Shown here piece after piece: positions 13,787 to 26,158 of a DNA stretch of 64,000 nt (positions within the stretch are counted from its first letter, which is position 1; every line of letters starts with the position of its first letter). Source of the stretch: Selaginella moellendorffii (taxonomy: Eukaryota; Plantae; Lycopodiophyta); the NCBI RefSeq assembly GCF_000143415.4, contig NW_003314300.1, positions 1,037,014-1,101,013 of the forward strand, written 5' to 3'. The notes beneath the pieces were generated by a model. That model was not told the origin of the DNA. It did not search any database and saw only the letters and a program-made list of their open reading frames with translations. The position numbers and the translations under genes are program-made.

Positions 13787-14614
13787 GGTGGTGGTGCCGC
13801 CACTACCTCCGCCAGCACCACCACCACCTGGATCTTGTTGGGACCTTTGCAATGCCTCCACCCAGCTATGGCTGCCGGAGGAATTCTCGGCCTGGTGCTT
13901 GATTGACACGGTCGCCATCTTGCTGGATTCTACTTTGGAGGCTTCGCTTTCTTCTACTGCTTCTTCTTCTTTCTCTTGTTCTTGTTCTTCCTCCTTGGCT
14001 TGCTTTGGAGCTTGCTGAATTGTCACTGCTGCTCGCGATCGTTGGTCGGTGCCAGTGGCGGTGGCGGATGATTTCTTGCGGGAATTGTCGTGGCGATCGG
14101 CGGTGAGGGAGAGCGTGAGCGTGACATCGGGATCTGATGGAGCTGCTCCTCCTGCTGGCGATGATCTTCGCTTTGCTACCGATGAGGTTGTTCGCTGGAT
14201 TCCCAGTCCCAAACCCAATCCCATGACCGCTGCCGCCTCCAATTCTGACCACCGACCGGCCGCCGCCGAGCTGGATGATCCGGGAGCCTGGAATTTGGAA
14301 GCCAATCAGCCATTGCAAAGCCAAAGAAAGAAAAAAAACGAGAAAGAAACGAACTTGGAGATAAAACTAGCGGGTAGAAAGATAGAATTATCCAATCTTG
14401 TGGGAACGGGAGGAGTGAGAAGATCTCTTTCTCTACCTTGAAGTGTGGTGAGATTGTTTGAACCAAGGTCGTGGCCGCCATTAGTAAGTCTCGCTCTCCA
14501 GCGACAACTTCTTCTTCGCCTTGATCTCCAACTGGATCACTAGATCGCGAATTCCCGGAACTTTGCAACGATCTAACAGAAAACCATGCAAACCAATTGT
14601 TAGATCAATTGACA

Positions 14615-14650
<36 letters not shown>

Positions 14651-14934
14651 AGGAAAATCTCGTTTTTCCTGGTGGCGTGCGAGACACTCACTTGCCTGAT
14701 TCCTCCTTCTTCTTGGTTCTTCTCAAGCTCTTCACTGGACACAATTTGATCCTTGATCTCTTGGTGACGATCCTCCTCCTCCTCCTCCTTGGTCGAATTG
14801 TTGTCACTCTCGGATGAATTCTTTGTTTCGGTGCTAGTGCGATGCGATTTCTCCTCGTCCTCCTCCTGTTTGCTGCCCAATTCCTGTGCTTGCTCCGAGC
14901 TAGCCTGTCCAGGATCCAGCTCAATTATATGCAT
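11840..14934 (-). CDS. RAV: RAV/TEMPRANILLO-type AP2+B3 transcription repressor. Main exon 14287-11840; predicted upstream exons 14934-14696 and 14572-14437; alternative start ATG 14224
   Basis: AP2 domain [40 protein letters not shown]; B3 domain [28 protein letters not shown]...[27 protein letters not shown]; repression motif RLFGVDL. The domain call is firm; the 5' exon model is inferred from splice signals and frame continuity. Confidence 0.95.
14619..14646 (+). repeat. (GA)n microsatellite in the predicted RAV intron 1 / 5' leader
   Basis: Perfect AG dinucleotide run. Confidence 0.9.
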
Positions 14935-15186
14935 ATATATGCAATTAGCGCGCCAGCGAATCCAGCTAGCGAGCGCGCTCCGCCTTGCAAACACCCCGCC
15001 GCAACGAAGAAATCATGCAGCAAAGGCAAGCAAGAGATGCTTCGCTTGAGCGCTGCTGGCGTCGGATCCAAGCAAATCCAATCCAGCAGGACCAAGCGCG
15101 AAAGCTTGCGCGAGGAGAAGAAGCCTCTTGGAAGGAAAGATCAACGCCAATTCACGGAGAAGACCGACTTGAGGAGAGGAATTGGG

Positions 15187-15252
15187 GGAGAGAGAGAGAG
15201 AGAGAGTGAAGAGAGAGAGAGAGAGGGAGAGTGTGTGTGAGAGAGGGTGAGA
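15187..15252 (+). repeat. Interrupted (GA)n/(GT)n tract, CT-rich on the RAV sense strand, typical of plant 5' leaders
   Basis: gagagagagagagagagtgaagagagagagagagagggagagtgtgtgtgagagagggtgagag. Confidence 0.8.
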
Positions 15253-17400
15253 GCGCTCGAGCGAGGAAGACGAAAGGAATTTCCTTGTTATTCTTTGTTT
15301 AGAGGATTGTGCTTTGGAGTGATGGATTGGAGGAGAGAAATTTGGAGTGGGGAGAGGGAATGCGGCTTTAAAGGGCCAGGGAGTGAGAAGGTTTGCCGAT
15401 ATGGGTAGAACACTTCGCTGGTGGTCAGGTTAGACAGCACAGCCAGCTAGCTGCTGCTTTTGGGGACGCACGCGTGGTGAAGCCAAGTAAAAACATCGTG
15501 AAAAAGATCAAGAGGTTCCGGAAAAACAAACGTAGACAGAGGATGATGATCGCTTCCGCGGACAAATTTATATACAGCGGCATAAAAATCTTTGTAATAG
15601 TAGCTCCTTTTCTTTAACTCAATTATTTGGGCATGTAAGCTAGACTGATTGAGATTCGTTGCTGTTGTTTGTGTTTTTCTTCCTTGTATGCTTTTTTTTC
15701 TTTCTTTTTTTTGCATTTTCTTATCTCTTATCCTTTTTTTTATTTGTGTTTTGCCCCCTTTGACGAGCGAGTTGAGCTACTTAACTTTGCGTGTTGTTTG
15801 TTGTTTGCTGCCTCGCGTGGCTGCGGGAAGAAGCCGGGCGGTGCCACGAATTTTCGGCCAAGGAAGATTTATACCAAACTTTTCTGTACGTGGGAGTAAA
15901 ACTCCGTTACGTTTTCTAAACTTTTTTCTGAAATCAACTCAAATTGAAAAAAAAAAAAAGGAGAAATGGTGAATCGAGTTGATGTTTCAGAAGCTGTTGT
16001 GTTGCTTTCTCAATCTTTATTTCCAAATAAATGTCTAGCAAAAAACGGATTAAAAGAGATTAAAATCTCAAAAGCTCGGGGGTGGTGGGCTCATGAGCGG
16101 CTGCCACGCGTCAAACCCCCATGAAAGGCTGTACCTCAGCTGGCTGCAAGGTGGGGGACTCATATAATTGGAGATGATTGAGATGTGGTAAAAGTTTAGT
16201 TTTTCACCTTCTTTTTTATTTCCATTTTCCCCCTCTTCTTGTCTTGCAACTCTCAATCCAATCCTTAAATCCTCAAATCCCTTCATTCCCAATCTCATCG
16301 TCTTGTTTGCTGAGCCTCCTCTTTCTCATCTCTTTAGCTGATGCTAGCTTATAATTCTCCCTCATTCTTGGGAGGATCATGTCATCTCAAACAGTCCTAG
16401 CGCCCCTACTGGTGAGCAATGCAAAGTGAAGTAAGCAACCCCAACACAATCAATCAATCACTTCTCCACTCAAAGCACCAATTACTCAACCTCTGAGTCA
16501 AACACAAGCAGGAAAAAACTAAAGCAGAGAGGAAACTAGAAAAGTGAGATGCTTAACTTAAACTCATCACCTTCGCCTTGCTGTTGCTGGCCTTTGTTGT
16601 GTTGTGTGCTCCCGCAGGATAGATAAGCTGCTGGAAGGCCCGCTTCTTTATTGGTCGCGTACAGAACTTGGCAATCTAGCGCCTGAGACAAAGCTGGAAA
16701 CGAAACCTGAGGACGAAGAAAAGGAGATAAATGCCAGGCAGAGAGAGAAAGAGAAAGAGAAAGAGGGTGCAAGCTCACGTACCACCGTTGTTGGTTATAT
16801 GACAAGGCTACAGCGAAAAGCCGCCACAGCCCCCACAGTTGGTGAAACGTCAACAGACTTTGCCCCGCTTTAAAATTCTCTCTTTTCTTCTCCTCGCCTT
16901 CTTGGGAGGTCTGCTGTCCTTCAGGTACCAAATCCACCTCATTCCCTTCTGTGCAGGCCATTCCAAAAGCTTCACAGGTAGATCTGCTTCATTTTGTTGC
17001 GTGTAACAATCGCCAAGCTCCCTGCTGGTTAACAAACAAGTAGCAAAAGTTAGAGAGAGAGACAGGAAAGCAAAGGGGGGAAAAAGAAAAAGGAGAGACT
17101 TGGACCACACAGCGTCCTTTCTGTGTGAAAACGTAATTACCTATTGACGCCAGAGATTTGTAATGGATCGATTCAGCAGCCGCGGAGGTCAAACAAGTTG
17201 TGCTCCGACGTGTTTGCAAGGCCCACTTGACCCCGGTTGTTGTCTAAGAGTTCTGCTGCGCTCAGTCTCTTCGTCCCTGATCCCCAAAAACGGCACTTCA
17301 CCCGTCCTCTCTTGGCAGCTTGCATTGCACCTATATCACCCCCGCCATGTGAAGGCGGCCGAGCAATGGCCACGTCTGTTTCACTTCACCCCCCGCACGC

Positions 17401-18862
17401 TTAAGCACCCTCTGGAAGTATGTCCCACACGTATGATCCCAGCTTGCCACCCCTGTAAAACTGTAGCAGTCTTCTGGCAACTTTGTTGTACCCCTCGTAT
17501 CCGTCCGACTGCGGGACTCTGAAGGTCTTTCGCAGCTCGTACATCTGGTTGTCGATCAGCTCTGTCATCGCGTCCTCGTCTTCCAGATCGCCGTCGAAGT
17601 TGATCATCAGGGAGGTGATAGCCTCGCGGACGGCTCGTTCCTGCGGGGAGCATCCTTTCTGCATCATTACAAGCATTAGAGTCCGTCCGAAACCAAATGC
17701 TCGCTTCATTACCACTTCCCAGTGGCCGTAGTCTCTGGCATTTGGCTTTAGTTTCTTCGCAAACACTGGCCTTCGAATGTTTAGCAGCGCCAGCAAGTAT
17801 CTGGCAAGTCGATCTTCGCCGATAACGGAGTCCTTGACAGCGCCTGGATAAGCACAAGACCGTGATCTTTTCCACGAGCGAAATTCACACGCACCTGTTA
17901 TAGCCAGCTTCAATCCAGTTTCCACACTCTTGATGTTCGGAATCAAAACTCCTGGTGTATCTAGCAAATAAATACTGGGACACTGGCCTATCTATCGACA
18001 AAGATATTAGTAAAATCTCCAAATCAAAAAGACCAAAAAACTTAAGTACCTTGAATCCTGAAATGATCTTGGTAACACCAGGAAGCGGGCCAACTTGAGC
18101 CTTCTTAGGCCTGCCCTGCACTAAGATACAAACAAGCTCGTTACAAACCCAGAGAAACAATGAAGAAAAGGTCTACCTGTGGCCTGATATAAAGCATTCG
18201 TGAGCACAGACTTTCCAACATTTGGAATGCCGGCTATCATCACAAGAAGCGTGGCCTCCTTTTGGATAGCACCAGCTAAACGCTCCTTGATATCAACAAC
18301 CATCTGTAGTGTCCGAGCCATAAGAACCCACACAGAAAATTCCCATGAAAGAAAAACACGAAAAGAGCTCTTACACTGTGGACCGAGTGTTTCGAGTGAG
18401 CGTTTACATAGATGGGAACCTGGCCTTGAGCTTCAAAGTATTTCTTCCAATTCTACCAAAACAAATCCACCTAAGAACCGATCCATCCACATCGTGTGCA
18501 AACACGATGGCACACACACACACAACACTTACATGGATCATATTCGAAGACGCCAAATCCATCTTGTTCATCACAATGACATGCTTCTTCTTCGAAATAA
18601 ACTCTCCAAGCTCATCGTTCGCGGAGGAAAGCGGAATCTGCCACAAGCAAACCAAGAAACTAAAGCAAATCCTCCCACATTCTCACTCTCATACCCTAGC
18701 ATCGCGAATTTCCAGCACCAGATCCACATACTTGAAGCGCTGCTGGATATCGCGCATCGCCTTGACCATATGCCCCGGATACCAGCAAACCTTGGCATTA
18801 CCGGCCGTCTGGAGCGCCATCTTCGTGATGAGATTGAGCTTCTTGGCCGCGGGAGCCGCCAT
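17401..18862 (-). CDS. Circularly permuted RbgA/YlqF/MTG1-family GTPase (DAR GTPase 2-like, organellar ribosome biogenesis), ~6 exons
   Basis: WYPGHM, LEIRDAR|IPLSS, NKMDL (G4) placed before GIPNVGKS (G1), PGVTK (G2) and LDTPG (G3); C-terminal YRGGKLGSY. Short GT-AG introns. Telo-box AACCCTAA at ~18887 upstream of the ATG. Confidence 0.92.
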
Positions 18863-19106
18863 AACTCCGTAGACGAAGAAACGAAGAACCCTAAATCCTC
18901 GTAAAGTAAAATCCAGCTCTTGAAGATTTAATGTACAAGGCCTATATCTCCTCTCTTTCTCCTTTCGTAAGATTTTCCTTTCTTTCTTTATGGTAGAGCC
19001 TTCTTCTACCATGGTGGATTTGATCTTGAGCTTCTCCATCTTCTTCTTTTTTACCATGATTTCTTCCACTTCCATGGCTTCATTCGCTTCTTCCACCTCG
19101 TGTTCG

Positions 19107-21337
19107 TCACGGCCTCAGCATTAACTTGCCAGTAGCATCGTGCTGGAGTTCCTCTTTCGGCCTCACCACCGGTATAATCACTGGCGATCCCGTCAAGAAC
19201 TCTTGCCGCTCGGGCTTCACACCCTCGAGAGTTCTTCCAAACGAATCCCCCTCCGCCGCGGCAGTAACCTCCGGGGACGTGACCGCCGACGTCGCTGGAA
19301 GGCTGAGAGCCGAGTCGGATCCACCACTCTGGCTTGGAACCGAGCTCCCTGGCGGAGCTCCAAGCATGGGAACCATCTCCATTCCGCCAGCACCACCGCC
19401 GCCGCCGCCGCCGCTGCCGCCGCCGCCATTCCTATCATGAGCATTGCTGTTCCTCGCTGCAGGAACATCGTGATTGTGCTTGCCTTCGTACGTAGTTATC
19501 ACTGCTCTGGGATCATCACAGGCCCTCTCGACGTGCTTTCGCACCGGACATCCCAGATTGGTACACTTGTAGTAGCTCCTGGAGAAGAACCATAAATGCA
19601 CGCATTAAGACACACGAAAACTACAAGAACACTGTTCTTACCGGGGGTGTGGATTGCCTTTGACGACCTTTTGTCCATACTTGCGCCAGCGATAACCGTC
19701 GTCCAGAATATCAACTTCGCTGGTCGTCTGCACGACCACTCGAGGCTCGCGGACATTCTTCGGAATGGGAGGACTCTCCCTGGACAGCTTTTCTTTTTTC
19801 CTGGGGATAAGAAACAAAAGAGAAAAAGGAGTTACTTGCGTACACGGCACTGAGAACTTGAGCTGCGTCTTACCTGCGTTTTCCATCGGGCTCATCCTCG
19901 TCATCACTCCCAGACGATGATGAGTGCTCGCTGGCTCCACCATTCGACTGATTGCGGCCTACTTCGGTCTTGTCCGTGCTCCCGTTTCTTACGCTCAAAG
20001 ACTTGGACATGAGGTTTGCCGCACTCATCGCCATTCTGCGAGTTGGCTGCGGCTTGGGATGGTTGTGTTCGCCTTCGTAGACTATCTCGGTAACTTGCCC
20101 GTCGGGAGAGCGCTCGACTTTCTTCTTCATCGGGCAATTCACGTACGTGCACTTGTAGTAGCTCCGAGGATTCTCACTGCCTTTCACCAGCTTCTGCCCG
20201 TATTTACGCCAATTGTATCCGTCGTCCGAGGATCTTTCCGCAGGAGGAGGAGGGGGCGAAGCTGAAGTCGTCCGGTTTTGGTCCGGTTGTGTGGGAGATT
20301 GTTTTTGCGGCTCCTGCTGCTTCTCTGCTTGGATATTTGCCGACAGTTGCAAGGATGTAGGTGGCAAAGGATCCGACTGTACAGGCGCGTGTCCTTGCGG
20401 TTTCTGCTGTAGATGCGATTGTGTCTCCGCAAAACTCTGTTGTGAAAAGCTAAATGGAGCCTGAGCACGACATAACCAACGTTAGCGAAGAGAAGTACCA
20501 AGTACCAGTGAATTAAAATGAACACGTACCGCATTTCCAAAATTTCCCAGAGGCGACAATGAGTTGCGAGTTCCTGTCTTTGGGAAAGGCTTAAAGACAA
20601 AGCCCGAGCCGCCCCCATCCTGTTCTTTCACCTTGGAGTTTTCGCCGGGTTTGATTCCGTTCCCACTAAGCAGAGGAGGCAACGGGAAAGTACCTGTAGT
20701 TGGCGATGGTTCCGGCTGCTGCAATCAGGAAAAAACCAGCCATGAATACAACTTTCCAACCAAGAGCGAGCCAAAAACGAGTGAGCGAGAAAGAGCGAGC
20801 GAGAAAACTCACATGAGATGTTGAAAGAAGAACTGGCGAATCCAGTAAGGTGGTTGGGCTGAGCCCCGGAGGAATTGTCACGCAAGGAGCTCTTGGAATC
20901 GGTAGGCGCGATGGAGGCATCGACTTGAAGCGTGCAGTAGACGGCCTGATTGGTCCTGACGCTGGCAAGCCACCGCTCTTGCAACTTTCCGCCGTAGTAG
21001 TCGCGGTTGTCGTCGAAGTTCTAGCCGCTAGCCTCTCGGCAAAGCTACCAGCCGTGGAAGAAGCCAGCAGCCTCGAAGAGATCCCATTCAAACCATCTGT
21101 TTGCTTCTCGTCCGCCGTCATAGCTCCCGCTAGCAAGCTCGAGTAAGAAGCCGAGTTGTCGGCGTCGTGGTCGGCTAGAAAGTTTGCCATCAAGCTCATG
21201 GGACTTGGGCTGGAGTCGCTGCTCTTTCCAAACGAATCAAGCGAGAGCCGGCCCCGAGAAGGCGTTGGCTTGCGCAGCATAACGCCTCCACCCCCATCCC
21301 CTGGACCAGCTCCACTCTCCTCCCCATCTAGCTTCAT
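19107..21337 (-). CDS. WRKY: Group I WRKY transcription factor (two WRKY domains), 5 exons
   Basis: [28 protein letters not shown]...HNH and [22 protein letters not shown]|SYYKCT..C...HNH. SP cluster [23 protein letters not shown]. Conserved intron at PR|SYY. Confidence 0.97.
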
Positions 21338-22170
21338 CTCCCGACCTATAATCTCACCCAGCAGCCGCGATCTCGAGCACCATTTGCCAGAAATTTCTTC
21401 CCTGCGCTGACACGCGCCTTGAATTTCTTATCCCTGCTGTGCCAGTGGAGCTGCCAGCGGCCGAAATGCCGTGTTCCTGAGGGGACCGCCCTGTTCACAC
21501 TGCCCGCGCGAAACCCTGATTTCCCAGCGATCAAAGATCGATGCCGCCACAACCAGCGCTGACTCCGCGAGAAATGGATCCGGCGGCGGCCAAATTCTTG
21601 GGGGATAACCTAGAAGAGATGGAATCGCAAGGCCATGGAGCTCATACCGGCGGCGAAGAACAAGGCGCTAGCTTGGATGCCAATTCCTCGCGCCGCCGCG
21701 GCGCAGCTTAGCTCGCGCTCCCTCCTCCAAAATGCGAGCGGTGAAAATTTCTCTCTCACGCTTCACAAAAACAATGGGGATTCACGCAGAGCATGGTAAA
21801 AAATGAGTTGTCCTCGTACGTAAACATACTTCTTTGACCAAGGGGAAAGGGCCATGGCAATTTTTTAATGGCGGGGTTAAAAACAATGGGCCTGGGATGC
21901 CGCCACGTGGCACAACGCAAATCGCACGGTCGAGAATTCGTCCACTTTTAACTCATCGAAATAGAAGGTAACGGAAATGCAAGATCTTTGTAGAAAGAAA
22001 GAGGAAAAAAATCGCCAAAACTTCGGTCCATTGTTTTATGCTGAGCACGAGACGACGACGAAGAGTGATCTTAATCTCCAAAAACTTCCCTGAAAGTTTT
22101 GGAGAGAAAGGAGAAGGAAGTTTAGCCAAGAGCGATGGAGAAAACGAAAGAAAAGCTATAAGTTACCGCA

Positions 22171-23562
22171 TTACTTCTTTCCTTTGCGCGTTGCCATGGC
22201 GTCGGCTTCGACGTCTACGCTGTGGAGATTGAGCAGCAGCGAGTCCGAGTCGAGGAAGAGCTTGTTTGCCGAGTTTGCGACGGTGTGAGCAATCTCCCGG
22301 CTGGCTTCGATGCGTCGCAGTGTCACAAACGCGGGATTGTTGGAGATGGCTTCTCCAATCAGCTGCGCGCTCTTTGCTTCTCCCTGTCAAGTTTGCAACA
22401 ACAAAGCCATGAAAAGAAGTAGAACATGGAAAAGGCAAATCTCTACGAAAGAATCACGGAGAAAAGGGAGTAAACAAGCTCATTGTCGAAGCGATAAAAA
22501 TTAACAAAAAAAATCTTTGCAACACCATCCACGAAACCAAGAAGAAAAGAAAGAACGAGGAAGAAGAACAAAGAGAGTAAAGAAGGAACAAAGAACGACG
22601 AAAGACAAAGAAAGAGAACGGGCAAGAAGAACAAAGAACGAAAACAAGGACATGCCTGAGCTCGGATGATGGCACTGCGCTTGTCCTGCTCGGCTTTCTC
22701 GACGATGAACTTGGCACGCTCGGCTTCCTGTGCCGCGACTTGCTTCGCCTCAATGGCAGCCGTGAACTCCTTTCCAAACGTAAGACCCGTGATGGAAACG
22801 TCGTCCAGAGCGATGTCGAATTGCGAGGCGCGCTCGGTCAGGATTCGTCTGATCTCCCTGCTCACCACCTACAAAACCCTGTGAGTACAAACTCGCAGAA
22901 ACGCTCTTGCTCACCTCTCGCTGAGTGATGAGCTGACTTGCGTTGTACTGCGCAACCACCGACTTAAGCGTCTCGTGAATGATCGAAGGCAAGACCCTCT
23001 CCGCGTAGTCCTGTCCCAGGGTGCGATAGATCGACGGGAGACGGTCCGCGATCGGCCGTGTTAGAACACGAAGCGAGATTCTGACCTGAGAGCAAGAACG
23101 CAAAATCAGTTCCAGCCTCACGGAATGAACAAGAACTAGAAAAGTTCTCGTAGAACACACTAAAACGAACTGATCTTACCATCTGGAGATCCTTGCTGCC
23201 AGAAGTACTCTCGACCAAGTTGGGTCTAGCACGGACATCGTAGATCACTGGCCTGTCAAACCACGGCACCATCAAATGCGTTCCTTCGGGATAGACCTGG
23301 AAGGCAAAAGATCAATCGAACTCTACAAAAAGGGCGATCCCCGAAATAAAAGAGAGAGCAATGCGATGCTTGCGGCAAGCTCGCCTACCTTGTCCTTGAC
23401 CCCGACGAGGCGATTGAAGACGATGGCGCGATGCCCGGCGTCCACATTGTACAAGCTGTTGGCGAGGGCGTAGATCCCCACACCGGCGACAGTGAGTACC
23501 TTGGCCAGCGCTCCCGCGGGGCCAGCGCCCGACGGCATCTTCACATTGCGGAAATTGTTCAT
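22171..23562 (-). CDS. PHB: Prohibitin (PHB2-type, mitochondrial SPFH protein), 5 exons
   Basis: [23 protein letters not shown]|[71 protein letters not shown]|[10 protein letters not shown]. Stop TAA at 22173-22171. Confidence 0.97.
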
Positions 23563-24005
23563 CCTCGCTGCGCCTCCACGCCTCCACGCCTCCCACCTCG
23601 CAAAGGGTTAGGGCATCTGGGCGTGAGGGTTTTGGGTTTAAACTCCTAGACAGATTAGCCAAATAATTAATTAGGACTAAACGGTAGCTGCCCTAAGTCA
23701 AGGTATTTAAGGGTAAAGCTCATGTGAAGTCAACGTCAAGTCAACTCCAGTCATAGATGATGTCTGGATTGCAAGAGAAGCTCAATGAAAATATTCTACT
23801 TGATGAATGATCAATGTATGCGTTTCCTATAACAAGGATTTTGATAAACAACATAGCCATTGATTTCCTTCCTACATTTGCAATATGTTGATACAGATTT
23901 TATAATTTGTTTTATTAAAAATAAAGGAAAATTTGTCAAAGAAAACCTTCATGGCATTTTTTAAGTAAACATTCACTGAATTTTCACCAAATAATTAACT
24001 TCTGC

Positions 24006-26100
24006 CTATTCCTCATCCAATGGGAACACAAATTTAATTAATGTTGAGGTTCTCAGTTTCGATTTGATGAGAACATCTGCTGTGTCACCCGACCATGAAA
24101 ACTGGAAGACAATACCAGGAACAGTCAAGACTCCGAGCCTCTGTGTGTCCATGTTGAGGATAGTAGGCAGAGAAAACATCACATGTGTTCGAAGACGCTG
24201 GAATAAAAGAAGAAAATACAACATTGATACAAATACCAGATAACTGATGCCTACCTCATTCACGAAAATTGTCAACTCTTTCCCAGCTAGCTTACCAGCC
24301 GTGCACTTGATACTCAAAGCAGTTTCCTCCTTCAATTCAGTGTGTACTGTGGTCCGAACAGCTTCGATCGATACACCAAACACAGTCACACCGTCTTCCA
24401 TCTCCTTGCATTGTACGCTTCCCTTTCCTGTTGGATTGTAATGAGATGCAGGAAGAGACCAAACAAAATACCCATATAATAACTTGCACGTACCTCCTCG
24501 CATCAACACTGTTGGGAACTTTGCCTCCCCTGATTTTCTGCTCATGTCCCCAAACTTGAGTCCTCCAGTATCAACTGTACCATCCATCCTCGAACGGACA
24601 ATGTCGAAGACCTCCTCGATGGTCGAGCAGCTGATCGAGCCGTTAACGTGATCCTGCATCTCGAGAGCAATCGTCATCTCGAAAGGCAGGTACGTCCTCT
24701 TTTTCTTCCGCTCAGGCATCTCCTCTTTCTTGATCCACTCTGGACTTCTCGCTCGCTTCTTCGACTGCTGCTGCAGCGGCTGATCATCTGGAACGTCTTC
24801 CACCACACACAAGGGTTCTGAATCCAAAGACTTGCCACCCTCCATCTTCACTAAAACGGCGTACACTTGGTCTTCCTCCTTCACGCCTTGCAAGCCCGAC
24901 AGGACATCAGGATGCTCCCTTCTGAATGCCATCAGTGAAGAGCACAAGGCGTCGTAGTCGCTTTTGTTCATTGCTCTCTGCTTCAGTGCAGTCGAGATAT
25001 GGAAAAGGACGAGTGGGGGGTACACCGAGTCTATCGGAGGGAATGTTGCTGGGCTGCTAGGCTGTAGATAGTGGAGGCCAGGTACTTGCAGGTTGAGACT
25101 GTTGCCTGAGAAGAACTTCACGTCACGCTTCTCCAAATGCAGGCCAATGGCAGCATCATCGACGCTACAGAAGTGACCACCCTGCGAGAGTCGGTGGTGA
25201 GCATAGCGTTCAAACAAGACCCAAGCTGCACTCCGCAGTGAAGGCAGTGCCCGAGTGCACTCCATCCAGTCCTCGATCTGTCCCTTGTAGCATGCAATGG
25301 CGAAACAATCTACGACCCACTCCGAAGTGAAGGAGATATGATCCACACAGGTAAAGTCCAGACTTGGCCAGGAAACAGAGGTCTCTGGCAAAAATAATGC
25401 ACGGTAAATGTTGAGCTCTCCCACTTTCACAGCATGGTTCACAGCCATGCCTATCATGTTGTATACAAGTTCCAAAGGCATGAAGTAGTACCTCACGATT
25501 GGCCCGGCTATGTAGTACGTCGCCCAGAAGTCGATGTGCGACTTATCTGCGTTCTCGGGCGCCGAGAAGTAAACCTGCTGCAACTCCTCGACAGACCAAG
25601 GAGGCATGTAAAGCGCAAAGAAGCCTATCTCATTGATGAGTTTGAGCGCGTCCACCCAATTGCTCTCCTCCGGTGATGCAAAGAGCACAGTATGTGTAGC
25701 GAAGTTCCCAACAAACTCCTGATCCGTGAGAAGCCAAGCCCCCGGGATTTCGTAATCCTCTTTAGAACCGGGTGCGTAACTCATCCGGTTTGAAGATGTA
25801 AACCCTCTTCTTCTTTTTTTCGACGAGCTGAACTATCACGGCCGGTATCCCTTCTTCACTGAGGAGCCGTTTCAGGACGTACCACAGAAAGCACGACTTG
25901 CCAATTCCAGGGTTTCCTGATATGTGGATGTAGCTCTTGCCCAGGCTTGCGAGCTCTCTCATGTCGGCATAGAGATCCTCATAGCATTCCCGTATCCACA
26001 CTTTCCGCCTCCTCCTAGCGATGGGAGGGAGATCTATCCACCTACCATCAGGGTCTGTCGCTGCACGCCCATCATCCCCAACTGGCGCTATCGATTCCAT
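24006..26100 (-). CDS. Crinkler/RHS-like P-loop NTPase + restriction-endonuclease-fold protein with NLS and an unknown C-terminal domain (copy 1). One 2-nt frameshift at ~25782 means pseudogene or sequencing error
   Basis: WIRECYEDL, Walker A ISGNPGIGKSCFLWYVLKRL, WLLTD, LFASP, LYMPPWSVEEL, GPIVRY, FTSEWV, LFERYAHHRL..GG.F, YLQP...FPPIDSV....LFHIS; basic KKRARSP..RKKKR. Probable in-frame 57-nt intron 24254-24198 (GTAGGC...TTCCAG). Confidence 0.75.
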
Positions 26101-26146
26101 CTGTGCATCAGGCCCTAAGGAGAGAATAGACCTGAGTGATTCTTCC

Positions 26147-26158
26147 TATATATATACT
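26147..26158 (-). promoter_or_regulatory. TATA-box-like element upstream of Crinkler-like copy 1
   Basis: AGTATATATATAG ~50 nt upstream of ATG 26100, followed upstream by AT-rich sequence. Confidence 0.5.

Noticed and set aside
11946-14441. Large antisense and alternate-frame ORFs over RAV (239-380 aa)
   Set aside because: Shadow ORFs of a GC-rich coding exon.
16400-17400. Possible gene between RAV and the GTPase; splice-like signals at ~17139 and ~17025 on minus
   Set aside because: No consistent reading frame or recognisable domain; may be a spliced 3' UTR or non-coding transcript.
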